Origin: Selaginella moellendorffii
Lineage: Eukaryota > Plantae > Lycopodiophyta
DNA: 64,000 nucleotides
NCBI RefSeq assembly: GCF_000143415.4
Contig: NW_003314271.1
Span: forward strand, 1,327,431-1,391,430
Direction of reading: 5' to 3'
Every line of letters starts with the position of its first letter. Position 1 is the first letter of the stretch. Below the pieces are notes generated by a model. That model was not told the DNA's origin, ran no database searches, and was given only the letters and a program-made list of their open reading frames with translations. The position numbers and the translations under genes are program-made. This document shows positions 61,430 to 64,000 of this stretch, in pieces.

Positions 61430-61790
61430 AAACCTGGGGACGGGTGCGCTTGATCAAGGGCTCATACACCACCATGTGCCAAGCGTGCAGAGGGACTCCT
61501 CCCGGTATCCTGTGCTGGAGATACCTTACGGAGTGATCTGTCCTAGGGAGTATTAACGCCTAGTAAGACCCGATATCATCCTTCGCCCCAAGAGCTTCCA
61601 CTCCTCAGTTCGAGAGCTCCACAACCACGAACTTGTCCTCGGCACTGCTGGTCCTTGACCCCGTTGAGAATATTGCTGGGCCTCCTTGTTGAAGCTCATG
61701 ACTCTAGCACCGTTCAGCCGGACAAACAAACCCTCGTATTCATTCGAGTTCACCATGCGCTTATACTCAGCAAGGCTGGAACTTTGGCTC
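61430..61790 (-). pseudogene. SUN-domain pseudogene closest to paralog 3
   Basis: NGARVMSFNKEA and EEWKLLGR plus nucleotide identity to 55725-56200 with several deletions. Confidence 0.8.
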
Positions 61791-62411
61791 CGACATTAGA
61801 TTCCCCACGAAGACCATAGAGAGACCTGCTTCCTCCTGTAACCACCAAAACATAACAAGAATCTGAAAAGGGTGACCTCTCTTCGTTTACTCCTTTACAC
61901 TAATTTGCACAAGAATAAACCATCGCCACCTGCAATAAACAAATCGCCAACATTTCACGACAAATTGATCGATCTACAAACTTCGAAACGACAAAAGCTT
62001 GTCTCTGCTGCTCCAGTCCTCCCCAGTCAGTATGAGCATCACCAGGGAGAGACGACTGGGCATTTGGTCTTTGGCCGCCATACTGGACTTGCCTACATAA
62101 AAGAAAAGAAGAGAGAGGCTATATAAGAAAACGACTTGGATTGAGAGAGAACCAGACCTGACCTCCCCCTTAGATGGAAAATATCGCCTCAGCGACAGGC
62201 AGCTTCAAAGACAATCAAGCGAAGTGAGCACGAGAAGGAAACATAAAGTATGATAATCTTACTTGCTTTCCAAGAGTCAATCATACTCTTTCAGTCCCTT
62301 CATCACCTCGTAGTCCTTCAAGATGGGTGTTCAAATCGTCAACCATGCTTTATAGACATGCCAAAGAGAAAAGCCAGTATAAACCGCCAGCGTGTGGATT
62401 ATCGCCTTGAA

Positions 62412-63640
62412 TCAAGAGGTAGCTATGTGGATCACCACCAAACATACGATAGTACCCATCCACGGATACACGAGAACGGCAGACACTAAAACCAGGACAG
62501 CAATAGCAACATACAACACGTCGTCAGCCATCTGGCTCTTGAGTAGCCTGGAAGAGGGAAGAATTTAAGAAGACAAAGAAGACAAATATATAAGCTATGG
62601 AAAACAGACTAACCTTAACTCTTCCTGCAATTTGTGGATTTGTGTGGCATCCTGGAAATGGAAAGACTGTGAGCAACCACAAAGTCGACAAGAAAACATT
62701 CTTACTTGCTGCTGCAGCTCACAGTAAGGTTGAGCTTCTTCAATCAATCCTTCAAGGCCGGAACCGAAAATTTGCAGATGATTCAACGTACAGTAATACT
62801 CGTTCCCATAGTGGGACAGTATTCTCAGCTTCAGATACCTCGCCCACTCCGGCTTCGGCAGCACAAACCTTTGAGGTCGACAAATATTCTGTGCTTCGAC
62901 ATTTCCCAAGAGCCTCCAGTTTTCTGTAGGATAGCTGAGGGTTCCCAGAACCTCTAGTTCCCTTGGATTGGACGAGTAGAGCTCGTGATTTTCGATGACG
63001 ACAGTATCCACCAAGACTTCTTCTGCAAGCTTCAAGACAAAAGACTTCTCCTTGGCCTTGCATGGGCTGCGAAAGTACTTGTCCTTGAGAAGATTACCTC
63101 CATCGCTGCTTGAGGTCACTATTTGAGCACCGTGCGAGGCTGCGGCAAAGTTGAACTCCTCACCCCCGGGCTCGAGCCTGTGCTTGATCGTGGTGTTCCA
63201 CTTGTCACTTCCGCTTGCCCACGACACCATTCTTTTGTAATCCTTCAAGCTAATAGGTGTCACCTTTTTCAGTCGTTTGCGGACAGCAGTATTCTCCATA
63301 GGCTTCTCATGGTTCTGGAAAAGTTCAAACCAGCTCAAACGAAACAATAAGAAAAAACTATCATGGGAAAGCCTACCTCGGCAGCGGCTAGAGCGGTTCG
63401 AGCCGATAAGATCTCGACTCCATCCAACTCCACCGAAATCTCGGCTTCATCGCGCTCCAGACCCCCGAAATAAAGCTCCTCGGACTCGAGAATCTGGTGC
63501 TCCGCTTCCGGAGAGCTTTGCCCGTGCCGAGATCGCTTACCATCGCAAATCTGCGTGATCGAAGAATGGAGCCCGGTCGCCGATCTCGACAGCAGCAAGA
63601 TTACGAAGAGCACGCGCGGCAGCGCCGGAAGGCGCGCCAT
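62412..63640 (-). CDS. Mid-SUN-domain protein, paralog 4, multi-exon
   Basis: MARLPALPRVLFVILLL leader; [51 protein letters not shown]; TM-encoding last exon. Confidence 0.85.
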
Positions 63641-63749
63641 CAACCCTAGCTCGGCAGCTCGGCGCCCTGATGTCTTCCCGCCGGATGTTTGAAGTAGGAA
63701 GAACCCTAAAATCTCTTAGGATACTTTCTGCGTTCGAATCCGGCCAAGC

Positions 63750-63865
63750 GCAGATCACATGCTCGAGAAGCACCGGCTGTTTGACCTCGGCAAAGACTTG
63801 CTGCGAGATCCACACGGCCATACATTTGAACGAGCAGATTGCCCAGAGCATCATCACTAATTCCT
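63750..63865 (-). pseudogene. PPR gene fragment
   Basis: LGNLLVQMYGR and SQQVFAEVKQP; similar to 56560-56680. Confidence 0.65.
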
Positions 63866-64000
63866 ATAAGATCAAATGAAGAGAGCAAAACCCTTTTATA
63901 AAATACTATCTTGTAGCTTGATCGCTTGGTTCGTCAGTGGAAATTTCGTGGAGCACCACTCTCAAGCTCTGTTGAGCTTTTTAGGCAAGTTGCCTAACCG

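Overview
Eukaryotic plant DNA. The short GT-AG introns, PPR fragments and a Tat retrotransposon with an extra RNase H between protease and RT suggest a lycophyte such as Selaginella (inference). Bases 1-43.2 kb are a nest of transposons. An old, apparently non-coding LTR element hosts a Tat-type Ty3/gypsy element (364-22587) and a chromovirus (24019-31693). The Tat element is split in frame by a 13.2-kb TIR DNA transposon (3789-17034; 24-bp TIRs, 4-bp TSD AAGT) with a Sola-like DDD transposase. That transposon also carries a divergently transcribed, intron-rich accessory gene of about 1640 codons. By my motif reading the gene fuses a ParB-like domain, a degenerate N6/N4 DNA-methyltransferase-like fold and an FCP1/NIF-type HAD phosphatase. 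The element holds about 25 copies of a 22-bp palindrome (ATGGCRTGWGGCCWCAYGCCAT), largely in introns and non-coding DNA. This is the best candidate for an undescribed system: a ParB/parS-like or VANC-like self-recognition module. A truncated inverted second copy lies at 33672-37650. The chromovirus has two spliceosomal-type introns inside its integrase and a 5S-bearing Cassandra-like solo LTR in gag. Bases 46.9-63.9 kb contain a cluster of mid-SUN-domain paralogs interleaved with PPR fragments and AT-rich decayed repeats. All family assignments come from motif recognition by eye; no searches were run.
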